A stretch of DNA of 64,000 bases. Origin: Thermoplasmatales archaeon (GTDB lineage Archaea > Thermoplasmatota > Thermoplasmata > Thermoplasmatales > Thermoplasmataceae). Shown one piece after another: positions 30,209 through 41,197 of the stretch (position 1 is the first letter of the stretch; every line of letters starts with the position of its first letter). The translations under genes were made by a program, and so were the position numbers. Below the pieces are notes generated by a model that worked only from the letters and a program-made list of their open reading frames with translations, ran no database searches and was not told the DNA's origin. Where the stretch lies: assembly GCA_027310185.1 (NCBI GenBank), contig DAIDBH010000019.1, positions 32,001-96,000 of the forward strand, in the 5' to 3' direction.

Positions 30209-31539
30209 TCATTCACCTCGGGTAATTTTTCCACTATATTCAATTTCATCAGTTTTTCAAAATTTTCCCTGTTGCGGGTAATTATTTCACTTGCGGTCTT
30301 ATAAAATCCCTCCTTGCTGTCTATCTTTCTCGCTAGCTTTTCCTCAACTGTTGCCCTGGCAACGGAAGAAGCTACCCTTGGATAGAGTTCCCAGTCCCCC
30401 ATGGTTGGAACAATGTGATCCGGGTCGGGATTCTTCACATAATCAGCAATCTCATAGGCTGCCTTCACCATTATTCTAAAATTCACTCCACGGGATCGAG
30501 CATCAAGAACGCCTCTAAATATTCCTGGAAACACAAGGCTGTTGTTTATCTGGTTTGGAAAGTCACTACGACCTGTTGCAACCACTTTTGCGCCAGCGGA
30601 TTTTGCATCGTCTGGCCATATCTCGGGGAGTGGATTTGCCAGGGCGAAAATTGCAGGATCCTTGTTCATTTTCCTAACCCATTCCTGCCTGATCAGACCA
30701 GGTTGAGATTTAGCTGCGGAAACCACAATATCGACCCCCTCCATGGATTCCTCTATATCACCTTTCCTTCTTTCCGCATTTGTTTTTAGCGCCAGTTCAT
30801 ATTTCCACGGATTTGATATCATAATTTTATCGAGATCGGCTCTCTCAGGTTCTAAAATACCCTTAGAGTCCACCATTATAATATTGCCGGGCTTGAATCC
30901 AGCTTCTATCATAAGATGAGCAGCAGCTATATTTGCTGCGCCGGATCCTATCAGTGAGACGGTTGTGTCTTCTATCTTCTTCCCTGCAATTCTTAGAGAG
31001 TTTATGAGACCTGCAAGGATAATACAGGCTGTACCCAGTTGATCATCATGCCATGCCGGAATGTTTAATTTTTCCTGTAATTCCTTCAGAACGAAGAAAC
31101 ACTTCGGGCTCTCGATATCCTCAAGATTATAGCCTCCAAAGGAAGGCTCCAGCGCCATTGCAACTTTTATAAATTCTTCTCCTGAGGAAACTCTCATGGG
31201 CAACGGTATGGCATTAACACCTCCAAATAAGTTAAAAATCATAGCTTTTCCTTCCATAACTGGCATGGCTGCTTCTGGTCCTACATTTCCAAGACCAAGC
31301 ACCCTTGTACCGTCTGTGATTATTCCAATTGAATTCCATCTTCCAGTCAGTTCAAATGACTCATCCGGATTTTTATTAATTACTCTTGAGACTTCCGCAA
31401 CACCAGGAGTGTACCAGTATGAAAAATCCTTAACTGAAGAAATAGGAACATTTGGGTAATTTCTTATTTTGCCCTTATAATATCTCGAGTATTCCACAGC
31501 TAATTTATTAAATTGCTGTGTTCTCTCTTCATTATTCAT
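30205..31539 (-). CDS. NAD(P)-dependent malic enzyme
   Basis: YTPGVA, DGTRVLGLG, NLEDI, HDDQLGT, GSGAA and GRSDFPNQINN motifs. Confidence 0.95.
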   Translation of the reverse strand: MNNEERTQQFNKLAVEYSRYYKGKIRNYPNVPISSVKDFSYWYTPGVAEVSRVINKNPDESFELTGRWNSIGIITDGTRVLGLGNVGPEAAMPVMEGKAMIFNLFGGVNAIPLPMRVSSGEEFIKVAMALEPSFGGYNLEDIESPKCFFVLKELQEKLNIPAWHDDQLGTACIILAGLINSLRIAGKKIEDTTVSLIGSGAANIAAAHLMIEAGFKPGNIIMVDSKGILEPERADLDKIMISNPWKYELALKTNAERRKGDIEESMEGVDIVVSAAKSQPGLIRQEWVRKMNKDPAIFALANPLPEIWPDDAKSAGAKVVATGRSDFPNQINNSLVFPGIFRGVLDARSRGVNFRIMVKAAYEIADYVKNPDPDHIVPTMGDWELYPRVASSVARATVEEKLARKIDSKEGFYKTASEIITRNRENFEKLMKLNIVEKLPEVNE

Positions 31540-31587
31540 TCTATAGCATCGTAAAATTGTTTAAATAGGCTTCGAAATTATCAGATT

Positions 31588-32550
31588 ATGGAGAAAGTTA
31601 ACAATGTTAAGCTGGACTGGAACTTAATTCTATTATCTCAAAAGCGCTTGTTTCAGGATAAGTTCAGGGACATGAATGCGGATGAAGTTTATGCACCGGT
31701 TATAGACATGTTGAATAACAACAGGATACCTTCAAGAGTTATAGTATCCAATGGGAGAATATGTTCATATGGATATGTAATGCCACCACAGGGAATAGAT
31801 GATAGACTGATCTGCTCAATGGGATTTGTAAATAAGGATGAGTCATACATCAAAAAAGGAATTGATATATTAAGCTGGTTCTCAGAAATGGCGTCGAAGG
31901 AATCCAAACTTCTGATCATTGATGGCATTTTCAATGGTGAAGAATTCTTCAGTGAGCTGGAAAAACTAAACTTCACTCGGGCCTACAGGGTAAAATTGAT
32001 TGGAAATTTAGACACAATCATGGAAAGAATGAAAAAGTCATATGAGTCACTCAGGGAGAGAAATGAGAATTTTATAGAGCTGCAGAATGATGAAATTTCA
32101 ATGAAAGAGCTTGGAATTGCACAGTCTGAAGCCTATAATGGCACCCCAGATGAATTTCTGCTGATTCAGAAGGATGGCAATAATATCACGCCAGAAATTA
32201 TAAATTCAGGTTATTACGGAAAAATCCTTTTTACACCTTCCAGGATTCTCCATAACGGTGAGATAATTGGCTCGGTGCAGGTTAGTGATGGTTCATTTGA
32301 ATTTTTCAGGATAAATACGCCACTTCTGGTTGATCTTTTCATATCAAAAAAATATCAGGGAAAAGGATATGGTAGTTATCTTTTGTATCAGTCCTGTAAA
32401 AAACTGAAAAATCTTGGATACAGTAATGTTCAGTTATGGGTAAATCGTGATTCCACATCTTATAAATTCTATAAGGATTCAGGATTTCAGGACGAGGGAG
32501 AGGACGATCTAATGTATTACAGGGACTTTCGTAGGGTTGTCACAAATTAA
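31588..32550 (+). CDS. GNAT acetyltransferase (C-terminal GNAT domain)
   Basis: FISKKYQGKGYG and FYKDSGF motifs. Confidence 0.8.
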   Translation: MEKVNNVKLDWNLILLSQKRLFQDKFRDMNADEVYAPVIDMLNNNRIPSRVIVSNGRICSYGYVMPPQGIDDRLICSMGFVNKDESYIKKGIDILSWFSEMASKESKLLIIDGIFNGEEFFSELEKLNFTRAYRVKLIGNLDTIMERMKKSYESLRERNENFIELQNDEISMKELGIAQSEAYNGTPDEFLLIQKDGNNITPEIINSGYYGKILFTPSRILHNGEIIGSVQVSDGSFEFFRINTPLLVDLFISKKYQGKGYGSYLLYQSCKKLKNLGYSNVQLWVNRDSTSYKFYKDSGFQDEGEDDLMYYRDFRRVVTN

Positions 32551-32599
32551 TACCCATATGGGTTATTTTCAAATCATCAAGTAAGACCAGTAATTTCGT

Positions 32600-33556
32600 T
32601 TACAACATTGAGATCAGGAAATTAACCGCTATAACACTTACGGGGATGGATATGTTGTCATCCACGGGATATCTGGAAACAGATTCTGCAAATGTTGCAA
32701 CTATTGCAAGAAGCACATATAGGGGACCAAGGATAGCATATGCGAAAATGGCTGTTGGAATAAGCATGAACAGAAAACCGCCTATACTCTTTTTGTGATT
32801 ATAGAAAAGTTTTCTCGTCCTTATATTTACGCCTCCTATGGTTGCCAGTGAGTCTCCTATTGCCATTGCAAAGACTCCAATTTCAACAACCCGCCATCTG
32901 AGGGACAGTGCAATCAATATCATCAATCCGGCAATAAACCACAGGCTGCCCACTCCAGGTTGTACATTATTTCTCTCAAAACGAAGGATTGCCTTTGATA
33001 TTCTTGATTCCCTCTCAACGGCAGCAACATTAACGAGTACTATGCTGATCAGGATTGCAAGTAGTAGTCCTCCTTCCAGGAGTACCTTTGGTATCAAGAT
33101 GATGGCAAGCAGTATGATTATTCCTGAGCATATCTGAACAATATCTCTTTCAACCTCTGTCTTTTTCTTCTTTCCTCTTTCATTCTCATTATCAAGGTTC
33201 ATAAGTCTTACACTGTTCGATAGCAGCAGTGAAATTGAGATACCAACTCCCAGTGAAAGTGTCTCGTGAAGAAGAGGAGAGATACTGAAATACAGGGTTC
33301 CGTCAACTATGGTTATGAATATTAGTATGAATATGAAGACATATGAGTTCCTCGAGTAAAGAGTATTTATGGAGAGAGTTCCAAGAACAACAATTGCAAA
33401 ATCTATGGTATCTGGAAAAATAAGATAGAACAGCAATCCAATAAGAAGCGAAACGATCAGGGAATAATCAATCAATTTATACCGAAAAAGGTGGAACAAG
33501 ATGATACTTCCAACAATTATCACAACGTTAAAAAGAAGAAAATCAAGAAATATCAC
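32600..33556 (-). CDS. Polyprenol (dolichol/phytol) kinase-like membrane protein
   Basis: Multi-TM with GDSLATIGG, KKSIGG and DDNISIP motifs. Confidence 0.8.
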   Translation of the reverse strand: MIFLDFLLFNVVIIVGSIILFHLFRYKLIDYSLIVSLLIGLLFYLIFPDTIDFAIVVLGTLSINTLYSRNSYVFIFILIFITIVDGTLYFSISPLLHETLSLGVGISISLLLSNSVRLMNLDNENERGKKKKTEVERDIVQICSGIIILLAIILIPKVLLEGGLLLAILISIVLVNVAAVERESRISKAILRFERNNVQPGVGSLWFIAGLMILIALSLRWRVVEIGVFAMAIGDSLATIGGVNIRTRKLFYNHKKSIGGFLFMLIPTAIFAYAILGPLYVLLAIVATFAESVSRYPVDDNISIPVSVIAVNFLISML

Positions 33557-33589
33557 GGGATATAATTAATTACTAATATAAAAAATTGG

Positions 33590-34261
33590 TTAAAGTGGGA
33601 AGTCCATATTACCAAAAGCCTTTTTCCAGTCGTCCAGGAATCTGGTCAAACCTTCTGTGGTTTTAGGGTGACTTGGGAGTTTTGATAAAACATCGAATGG
33701 CAGCGTTATTACGTCTGCCCCCATGATCATCGATCTCAAAACATGCAATGGACTCCTGATTGATGCTACCAGGATATTTGTCTTCATGCCGTAATTTGTA
33801 TAGATAGTCTTTATCTGTTCTATTACCGACATGCCGTCCTCCGCGATATCATCAAGCCTGCCTACAAATGGTGATACATATCTTGCACCTGCCTTTGCAG
33901 CAAACAGTGCCTGTATGCCACTGAAGATAAGCGTTGAATTAACCGGTATCCCCTTGTCTGAAAGAGCCTTTGTCACCTTTAGTCCGACGGTAGTAAATGG
34001 AACTTTAACAACAGCATTTTTTCCAAGTTCACTTATTTTGAAGGCCTGTTTCAACATGTTATCGTAATCCTCTGCTATGACTTCAATGCTTACCGGTCCC
34101 GGAGTTTCCTTGAGAATTCTGGTAACAATATCTTTAAAGCTTCCGCTATTTTTCATTTCTTTTGCTATCAGTGATGGGTTTGTTGTGACTCCATCAAGTA
34201 GTCCCCATTCATTGGCCTGCTTTATCTCTGTTAAATTTGCCGTATCAAGAAATAGTTTCAT
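33590..34261 (-). CDS. tal: Transaldolase / fructose-6-phosphate aldolase family
   Basis: [28 protein letters not shown] and ASIR motifs. Confidence 0.93.
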   Translation of the reverse strand: MKLFLDTANLTEIKQANEWGLLDGVTTNPSLIAKEMKNSGSFKDIVTRILKETPGPVSIEVIAEDYDNMLKQAFKISELGKNAVVKVPFTTVGLKVTKALSDKGIPVNSTLIFSGIQALFAAKAGARYVSPFVGRLDDIAEDGMSVIEQIKTIYTNYGMKTNILVASIRSPLHVLRSMIMGADVITLPFDVLSKLPSHPKTTEGLTRFLDDWKKAFGNMDFPL

Positions 34262-35213
34262 ATTTTTTCTCCTCCCTGAATGATTTCACACCAGCTGAGA
34301 CGATATCATTTACACCCATATGAAAATAATCAAACAACTCCCATGACTTTCCTGATTTACCAAAGGAGTCTTTCATGCCAACCCTAACAACAGGTACAGG
34401 ATATTCCTCAGAAGTTACCTCGCATACCCTGCTTCCAAGACCATTGTAGATTGAATGTTCTTCAGCAGTTACTATATGTCCTGTCTTTTTCGCATAGTCT
34501 ACTATATTGGCCCTGTCAATGGGTTTGATGGAGGACACGTTAATAACCGCAGTATCTATTGCAAGCTCCTTAAGTTTTTCTGCTGCTTCGAGGGCGAATG
34601 AAAGCATGGACCCATTTGCAAAAATTGTCAGGTCACTCCCGTCTCTTAAAACGGTATTTTTCCCCTCCCTAAATTGATAATCATTCTCATTCACTACTGC
34701 AAATTTTTCCCTGGTTAATCTGACATAGTAGGGGGTTTTAGTCTTTTCAACAAGGTAATCTATTACAGACTCAGTTTCTATGGAATCTGCCGGAACTATG
34801 ACTTTCATGTTGGGAAGTCCGCTCATTAACCCAATGTCTTCTACCATCTGATGAGTCGCACCATCTTCTCCTACTGTTATACCTGCATGAGTTACAACAA
34901 ATTTCACGTTTATATTATTGTAACAAACCGACTGCCGTATCTGCTCATAGGTTCTTGTGAGAAAAATTGCGAATGTTGAAACAAATGGCTTCAAATCACT
35001 TAGGGCCATCCCAGCTGCTGTTGTTACCATAGACTGTTCTGAAATACCCATGTTAAAAAACCTGTCTGGGAATTCCTTACCAAAGGCCTGAGTCTTTGTT
35101 GAACTTGACAGATCTGCATCAAGAACAACAAGGTCACTGTGGTTCTTTCCGAGCTCCACTAGCTTCCTTCCATACGCTTCTCTTAAACTTTCACTCTTCA
35201 TAAATTCTAGCAC
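34245..35213 (-). CDS. Transketolase C-terminal subunit
   Basis: [21 protein letters not shown] and AEEH motifs. Confidence 0.93.
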   Translation of the reverse strand: MLEFMKSESLREAYGRKLVELGKNHSDLVVLDADLSSSTKTQAFGKEFPDRFFNMGISEQSMVTTAAGMALSDLKPFVSTFAIFLTRTYEQIRQSVCYNNINVKFVVTHAGITVGEDGATHQMVEDIGLMSGLPNMKVIVPADSIETESVIDYLVEKTKTPYYVRLTREKFAVVNENDYQFREGKNTVLRDGSDLTIFANGSMLSFALEAAEKLKELAIDTAVINVSSIKPIDRANIVDYAKKTGHIVTAEEHSIYNGLGSRVCEVTSEEYPVPVVRVGMKDSFGKSGKSWELFDYFHMGVNDIVSAGVKSFREEKKYETIS

Positions 35214-36057
35214 CTATTTCACCCAAGGCCATTTCATACTCCTCATTTGATGCAGGAGGAGAGCCATGGTATTTTGGATTATTTTCCATATAGCTTACGC
35301 CCTTACCTTTCACTGTATTGGCTATCAGAAACACTGGCTTATCTGAGCTCTTTCTTGCAAAGTCAAATGCTTTCTGTATTTCATTAAAATTGTGGCCATC
35401 AAATTCCATCACGTTCCACCCAAAGGATTTGACTTTATCATAAACACTTCCCATTGGCATTATATCCTTTGTGAAACCATCAAGCTGTACTCCATTCTTG
35501 TCTAGTATTGCTACCAGGTTATTCAGCCTATATTTACTACCTGCCATAAGTGATTCCCACACGCTTCCCTCCTCGATTTCCCCGTCTCCAAGAATTGCAA
35601 AAACCCTGTAATCTTCCTTCTTGATTTTTGCAGCAATTGCCATTCCTACAGCTACTCCAAGACCCTGCCCGAGAGATCCTGTTGATGATTCAACACCTGG
35701 AACTCCACGATGAACATGTCCCTCTAGCTTTGAGTTCAGCTGTCTGAAATCCATGAGTAGTTCCTGAGGAAAAAATCCCCTCAACGCAAGGATGCTGTAT
35801 AATGCCGGAGATGCATGTCCCTTGCTCATTATCAGTCTGTCCCTTTTTGGCATTTCCGGGTCCTTTGGATCAATAATCATTTCCCTGAAGTAAAGGTCAG
35901 TCAGAATGTCTATTATACTGAGAGAACCACCAGGATGTCCACTTTTTGCGCTGTAAACCATCTTGATTATCAGGGATCTTGCAGACTGTGCTATCTTAAA
36001 AAGTGTTTTATTATCCAGTTTTTTATCCTGGATTTCCATATCACTAGGAAATTCCAT
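35191..36057 (-). CDS. Transketolase N-terminal subunit
   Basis: SGHPGGSLS, SKGHA, TGSLGQG and TPP motif GDGE...N. Confidence 0.94.
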   Translation of the reverse strand: MEFPSDMEIQDKKLDNKTLFKIAQSARSLIIKMVYSAKSGHPGGSLSIIDILTDLYFREMIIDPKDPEMPKRDRLIMSKGHASPALYSILALRGFFPQELLMDFRQLNSKLEGHVHRGVPGVESSTGSLGQGLGVAVGMAIAAKIKKEDYRVFAILGDGEIEEGSVWESLMAGSKYRLNNLVAILDKNGVQLDGFTKDIMPMGSVYDKVKSFGWNVMEFDGHNFNEIQKAFDFARKSSDKPVFLIANTVKGKGVSYMENNPKYHGSPPASNEEYEMALGEIGARIYEE

Positions 36058-36128
36058 CTCTTACCTTGCCCCAAATTACTTTATAGAAAATGAAATTAAA
36101 ACTTTTCCTATTTTTACAAACTAATAAA

Positions 36129-37199
36129 CTATGAAATTTCGTGCCTGTCTTTTCGTATATGAAACTCCTCCCCTTCAGGAATAATTCCCGTTGCAAAGAA
36201 TATTATCTTTACCTTCCCCTTGAAGGTATTATCGGTCTCCTGCCTGACAATTATATTTGCACCAGGTGATACCTTATCCTTCATGAATTTCATTGCCTTT
36301 TCCCTTTCCTCAACAGTAAGGGTATCATCACCAGAGATGCTTAGAAGAAGACCTCTGGCCTGGGAAATTTCTGAAGAGTTAAAGGGGGAATTCAATGCCG
36401 ATTCGCATGCTTCCATGATTCTCTGTTCCGGTGAGGAATCAGAAATTCCAACTCCAAATATGCCTAGACCGCCGAGTTCCAGTATTTTTTCCAGGTCAGA
36501 AAGTTCTGTGTTCACAGTCGCACTCTTAGAAACACTTTCGATCAGTCCTTCAATTGCATTCATCATTATTGAGTCAGCAAACTCGAGGGCCACATTGAAT
36601 AGTTCTCTTGGTGCATATTTTCTTATCCGGTCATTCTCAAAGAGGATGAGGGAATCACAGAATTGAATCAACTCAGATTCCCCTTTCCTGGCATTCTCCA
36701 TCCGCTTTTTTCCTTCGCTTGCCATGGGGAGGGAAGCAATGCCTATGACTATTGAATTTCTCTCCTTTGCCTTCATTGCAAGAAAGGGAGAAGACCCCGT
36801 CCCGGTTCCGCCACCAAGTCCTGTTACAATGATGGCAATCTTGACCCTGTCCAGGCTTTTTTCAATCTCTGTTTGGGATTCTCTCGCAGCAGCATTACCC
36901 ACCTGAGGATCTGCCCCAGCTCCCCTTCCCTTTGTAAGCTGCTTCCCAAGCACAATTTTCTCTTTCACCCCAATCTTACTGAGATGTGATGCATCAGTGT
37001 TAGCGGCCGCGAATGAGATTTCACAGTATGGTGAGTTGAAACTTCTATTTACCATTCTCTTGATAGTGTTGGAACCTGCACCACCCATCCCAAAGATCTT
37101 TATTCTCAGTTTATTCTCTTCAACAAGTTCTGTGAGTTTTTCCTTTGAAGTACCGTAATTCTCCTCTTCTTCATCAATGCTGGGATTCCCAGAAATCAT
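36129..37199 (-). CDS. ftsZ: Cell division protein FtsZ, divergent (ORF extends to 37280; ATG 37199 preferred)
   Basis: GMGGAGSN, NTD, GRGAGADP and GLGGGTGTG motifs. Confidence 0.92.
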   Translation of the reverse strand: MISGNPSIDEEEENYGTSKEKLTELVEENKLRIKIFGMGGAGSNTIKRMVNRSFNSPYCEISFAAANTDASHLSKIGVKEKIVLGKQLTKGRGAGADPQVGNAAARESQTEIEKSLDRVKIAIIVTGLGGGTGTGSSPFLAMKAKERNSIVIGIASLPMASEGKKRMENARKGESELIQFCDSLILFENDRIRKYAPRELFNVALEFADSIMMNAIEGLIESVSKSATVNTELSDLEKILELGGLGIFGVGISDSSPEQRIMEACESALNSPFNSSEISQARGLLLSISGDDTLTVEEREKAMKFMKDKVSPGANIIVRQETDNTFKGKVKIIFFATGIIPEGEEFHIRKDRHEIS

Positions 37200-37367
37200 A
37201 ATGAATAATAGTATAGGAATATATAAGTTATCTTTTTTGTTACCGGTATAATTTTCACGGTTCAAACTTAATGAGTACAACTGCCTGCGATATTTTGACT
37301 ATGAGACACTAAAAATAAAAATTTTATTGGAAAATAATCTTTGTTTACGCTTTAAATAAGGTTAAAA

Positions 37368-38972
37368 TCAACTGTAATATTTCTCCCTTAATTTCTTTTT
37401 GTCAACTTTTCCAGTAGAGGTCATTTCAAAGGAATCCACCCTCACATATTCATCAGGCATCCAGAATTTTTCTATTCTTCTTTCTTCCACGAACCTTTTC
37501 AGAAATTCATCGATTTCTTCTTTTTTAACGGTACCATTTGAGGTATAGAATGCCACAGGCCTTTCCCCCCACTTTTCATCTTTCTTTCCGATAATGGCGA
37601 CCCTGTCTATGCCATCATAAAGGCTAACTACATCTTCAAGTATCAAAGTAGGTATGAATTCACCCCCGGATTTAACTGCATCCTTCTCTCTGTCCACTAT
37701 ACAGAGATATCCTTTTTTGTCTATATATCCAAGGTCTCCTGTATGAAGCCATCCCTCAGCCCATAATTTTTTTGTAGCCTCAGCATCCTTGTAATATTCC
37801 CTTGCAACATATGGGGATCTAACGAGTATTTCACCGAACTTATTTTTTTCATCCTTATTTAGCTCGGATTTTGAATACATTATTTTAATTTCCACAAAAG
37901 GAGCTGGAATTCCAGCCTTGATTTCATATTCTTCTTTAGTTTTCTCGTCCAGGTTCTGAACCTCGCTGTTCAGAGTGGAAAATGAAACAAGGGGTGCTGT
38001 TTCAGATAAACCATAAGCACCAATGCTTGTGACATTAAAAGATTTAGCCCTGTTCTTTAGTTCCATGGTTAAGGCTCCACCCCCAATAATACATCTCAGG
38101 TTAAGCGATGGTAATACTTTGCTGGAATTTTTTGCGGCCAGTAACATATATAGTATGGAGGGGACCATAGCAGTTGTGCTTACCCTTTCACTTTCCATAA
38201 GTTCGAGTATTTTCTCAGGGTTATATCTTCCCGGGAGGACATATTTTAGACCTTTCAGAAGGAAAAGCTGGGGAAGACCCCAGGCGTGAACATGAAACAT
38301 TGGTACCAGTGGCATCAATGTATCGCCAGAACCAAGTGAGATCGGATAATCGGATACTGTGTTGGCAATTGAGAATGCATGAAGCACTATGTCCCTATGA
38401 GTAAATGATACGCCCTTTGGCATTCCAGTGGTTCCAGACGTATAGAAAAGTGTTGCAGTATCCTCTTCTGAAACATAGGGAAGAGATATATTGTCGTCCG
38501 TATTTACAAGATCTTCAAAATTTATTACGTTGTTAAATGGTAAGTTGATCTCTTCATTAGAAGTCCTGTAAATGATCCATCCTTTTATGAAACCAAATAG
38601 ATCCTTATATTGAACGAACATTTTGGCTATCTCATCTCTCAGTATTAAATATGAATCCTCTGCATGTTGAATAGTATAATATATGAGCTCAGTAGGATAT
38701 CTGATATTGACCGTATGCAGTATTGCACCGGTCATTGGAACAGCATAGAAAGCCTTTAGAAAATTGATTGTATCCCAGTCAAGAATCCCTATCTTATCCT
38801 TAGGCTTAACGCCAATTTTTACAAGGCCCTTTGCCAGTGATGTGACGTCACTTCCAAATCTGCTGAATGTAATTCTTCCAAATTCTGAATCAACTATTTC
38901 CTGACTGGGATTTCTAACCGTACTACTTCTTAAAAGATTTCCCAGTGTCAATTCGTATTTTACGTAAGTCAT
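37368..38972 (-). CDS. Acyl-CoA synthetase (AMP-forming, fatty acid-CoA ligase; ORF extends to 39011)
   Basis: YTSGTTGMPKG, YGLSET, GWLHTGD and TSTGKVDKK motifs. Confidence 0.93.
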   Translation of the reverse strand: MTYVKYELTLGNLLRSSTVRNPSQEIVDSEFGRITFSRFGSDVTSLAKGLVKIGVKPKDKIGILDWDTINFLKAFYAVPMTGAILHTVNIRYPTELIYYTIQHAEDSYLILRDEIAKMFVQYKDLFGFIKGWIIYRTSNEEINLPFNNVINFEDLVNTDDNISLPYVSEEDTATLFYTSGTTGMPKGVSFTHRDIVLHAFSIANTVSDYPISLGSGDTLMPLVPMFHVHAWGLPQLFLLKGLKYVLPGRYNPEKILELMESERVSTTAMVPSILYMLLAAKNSSKVLPSLNLRCIIGGGALTMELKNRAKSFNVTSIGAYGLSETAPLVSFSTLNSEVQNLDEKTKEEYEIKAGIPAPFVEIKIMYSKSELNKDEKNKFGEILVRSPYVAREYYKDAEATKKLWAEGWLHTGDLGYIDKKGYLCIVDREKDAVKSGGEFIPTLILEDVVSLYDGIDRVAIIGKKDEKWGERPVAFYTSNGTVKKEEIDEFLKRFVEERRIEKFWMPDEYVRVDSFEMTSTGKVDKKKLREKYYS

Positions 38973-39231
38973 GTGGAAATAAATATTACCAATATTATTC
39001 AAACTTCCCAACCTTTCATTTCAGTTAAATAGGAAAGAACGACAGTCTTACCCCATAAGCAGACAAATTCCATAGAATGTGCCCTATAGATTCACTTTCA
39101 GGATATCTGAGGTTTCTGTTCCATTCTGGTTAGAAATGGCGTAAAACAAAGAAAAAACTGGAAAATGTCATTCAATTCCTTATTATGGTGAGTAATATAA
39201 GCCTCAATATTATTCATAAATAAGCGTGGTA

Positions 39232-39244
39232 TTACATAATGTAA
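39232..39244. promoter_or_regulatory. Palindrome TTACAT-A-ATGTAA, putative operator
   Basis: Perfect 6-1-6 inverted repeat in the long divergent spacer before the sugar ABC operon. Confidence 0.3.
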
Positions 39245-39453
39245 CTATTTAAACGAGTAAAAAAACTAAATATTATTTTCAAGCTATGGTATCAAAATAC
39301 GTTTGGCCATAGAGTAACTTGATATGTAAGACATAAAAACACTCGCAGACAGGAAAATTAAAGAATGTATTACAAAGTCTGATTTAAAGATAAAAAACAA
39401 TCCAATTAAATTTGATCGAATTTAGAAAAACTTGAAATTAGGTGTGATAACAA

Positions 39454-40380
39454 ATGGAAAATAGGAATACGATCAGTAAAAGTAAAGCTGATATTAGACA
39501 TGATAAGGAAGAAGACTTTCTATCCAGAGGTAATGTTTTCAAAAGGTCTGCTAAAAGGAATATCTATTACCTTATTTTTGCTATCCCTGCTTTGGCCTAT
39601 GTGATAGGACTTGCAATCGTTCCAGCTATAACAGTTGTATATGATAGCTTTATTGGAAAACATGGGTTCACTCTAGCCAATTATCTTGCTTTACCGAGTT
39701 ACGGACTGTATGGTGCTATAATAAATACTCTGCTTGTAAGCGTTGGTGCCCTTTTAATACAGCTTTTCATTGCGCTTGCAATTGCGATGGTACTGGTAAA
39801 GCCATTCAAGGGTAAGAAGGCTTTTTCCACATTAGTTATTATTCCACTAGGTATTTCTACCGTGGTAAGCGCTTTTGTATTTTCCATAATATTCCAGGCT
39901 GTTGGTGGATATGCTAACTCAGCGCTGGTTTCAATTGGATTAAAACCCATAGACTGGTTCAATACAAACAGTTCCTCACTAGGTGTTGTGATGTTCTCCG
40001 ATTTCTGGAAGAATACACCACTGGTTGCATTGATTCTATATGGTGGTCTTTCATCCCTCCCACCAACCCTCTATGAAGCAGCTTCAGTGGATGGAGCTGG
40101 TGCAGTAAGCCGATTTATACACATAACCTTGCCAAACATTGCACCCATAATGTCAATTGCGCTTCTGGTAAGGGGAGTCAGTGAATTCAATATTTTTGCA
40201 TTGCCGCTCGTAATTATAGGGTATCATCCACTTATAATGAATACATTGATATTCGAAAATTACTCCTCTCTGCAGACAAGAAACATTTCTTATGCAGCTG
40301 CAACAATCCTTCTGGCAATAATCATGGTGTATTCGGTTATAGTTGTAAGACTTGGAGGTGCGAAAGATCATGTCAAATGA
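39454..40380 (+). CDS. Carbohydrate ABC transporter permease
   Basis: EAA loop LYEAASVDGAG, 6 TM helices. Confidence 0.92.
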   Translation: MENRNTISKSKADIRHDKEEDFLSRGNVFKRSAKRNIYYLIFAIPALAYVIGLAIVPAITVVYDSFIGKHGFTLANYLALPSYGLYGAIINTLLVSVGALLIQLFIALAIAMVLVKPFKGKKAFSTLVIIPLGISTVVSAFVFSIIFQAVGGYANSALVSIGLKPIDWFNTNSSSLGVVMFSDFWKNTPLVALILYGGLSSLPPTLYEAASVDGAGAVSRFIHITLPNIAPIMSIALLVRGVSEFNIFALPLVIIGYHPLIMNTLIFENYSSLQTRNISYAAATILLAIIMVYSVIVVRLGGAKDHVK

Positions 40381-41197
40381 GAAGGGAAAATGGACAACAT
40401 ACATAGCAGTAATAATCCTAGCTATTGTATTCGTATATCCACTCTGGATACTGATCATTTATGCTTTCCAACCAGCATATCTAACATTTGACAAGATTTA
40501 TCCGGGTCAGATACCACTCGCTTTCACATTAAGTAACCTGATCCAGTCGTTCAAGGAAGTTGATTTAATTGGCCCTTTGACAAGAAGTCTGGAAGTTGCA
40601 TTCATGGTTGGTTTGATTGCGGTTGGACTTGGCATACCGGCTGGATACGGGCTTTCTAAACTTACTTCTGCACTGTCAAATAAATTAATCGTCTTCCTGT
40701 TCATAATCAACATGATGCCAGGACTGGTTATTGCAATACCAATATCAGTTTATTTTCTTCACGCAAATCTAGACAACACTGTCTTTGGTGTGGCATTTGC
40801 CCAGGAACTTGTTGTCCTGCCACTCTCGGTTTTTATTATGTTGAGTGGGTTTAGAAGCCTTCCACACGACCTGGAATACCAGGCAAGGGTAGACGGTGCT
40901 TCCTTTTCTTCAACATTTTTCAGGCTTCTAATGCCAATGATAAGGGTTCCAATTATGGTTGCCTTTTTACTGGCATGGATGACATCATGGGATGAGTTTA
41001 CTTATGCAGTGATTATTGCTCCTATAGTGCCAACAGATTCAACATTTCCTGTTACACTGTATAATTATGTTTCGAGGAATCTACCACTGGAATCCGCCAC
41101 ATTTGCTCTGGTAGCAACTATACCAGTCATAATACTGGCAGCGGTGCTTCAAAAGTACCTGAAAGGACAATATTTATCAGGAGGTTTAGTCGGATGA
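40370..41197 (+). CDS. Carbohydrate ABC transporter permease (ORF from 40352)
   Basis: LEYQARVDGAS and SWDEF motifs. GGAGGTG upstream of ATG 40370. Confidence 0.92.
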   Translation: MSNEKGKWTTYIAVIILAIVFVYPLWILIIYAFQPAYLTFDKIYPGQIPLAFTLSNLIQSFKEVDLIGPLTRSLEVAFMVGLIAVGLGIPAGYGLSKLTSALSNKLIVFLFIINMMPGLVIAIPISVYFLHANLDNTVFGVAFAQELVVLPLSVFIMLSGFRSLPHDLEYQARVDGASFSSTFFRLLMPMIRVPIMVAFLLAWMTSWDEFTYAVIIAPIVPTDSTFPVTLYNYVSRNLPLESATFALVATIPVIILAAVLQKYLKGQYLSGGLVG

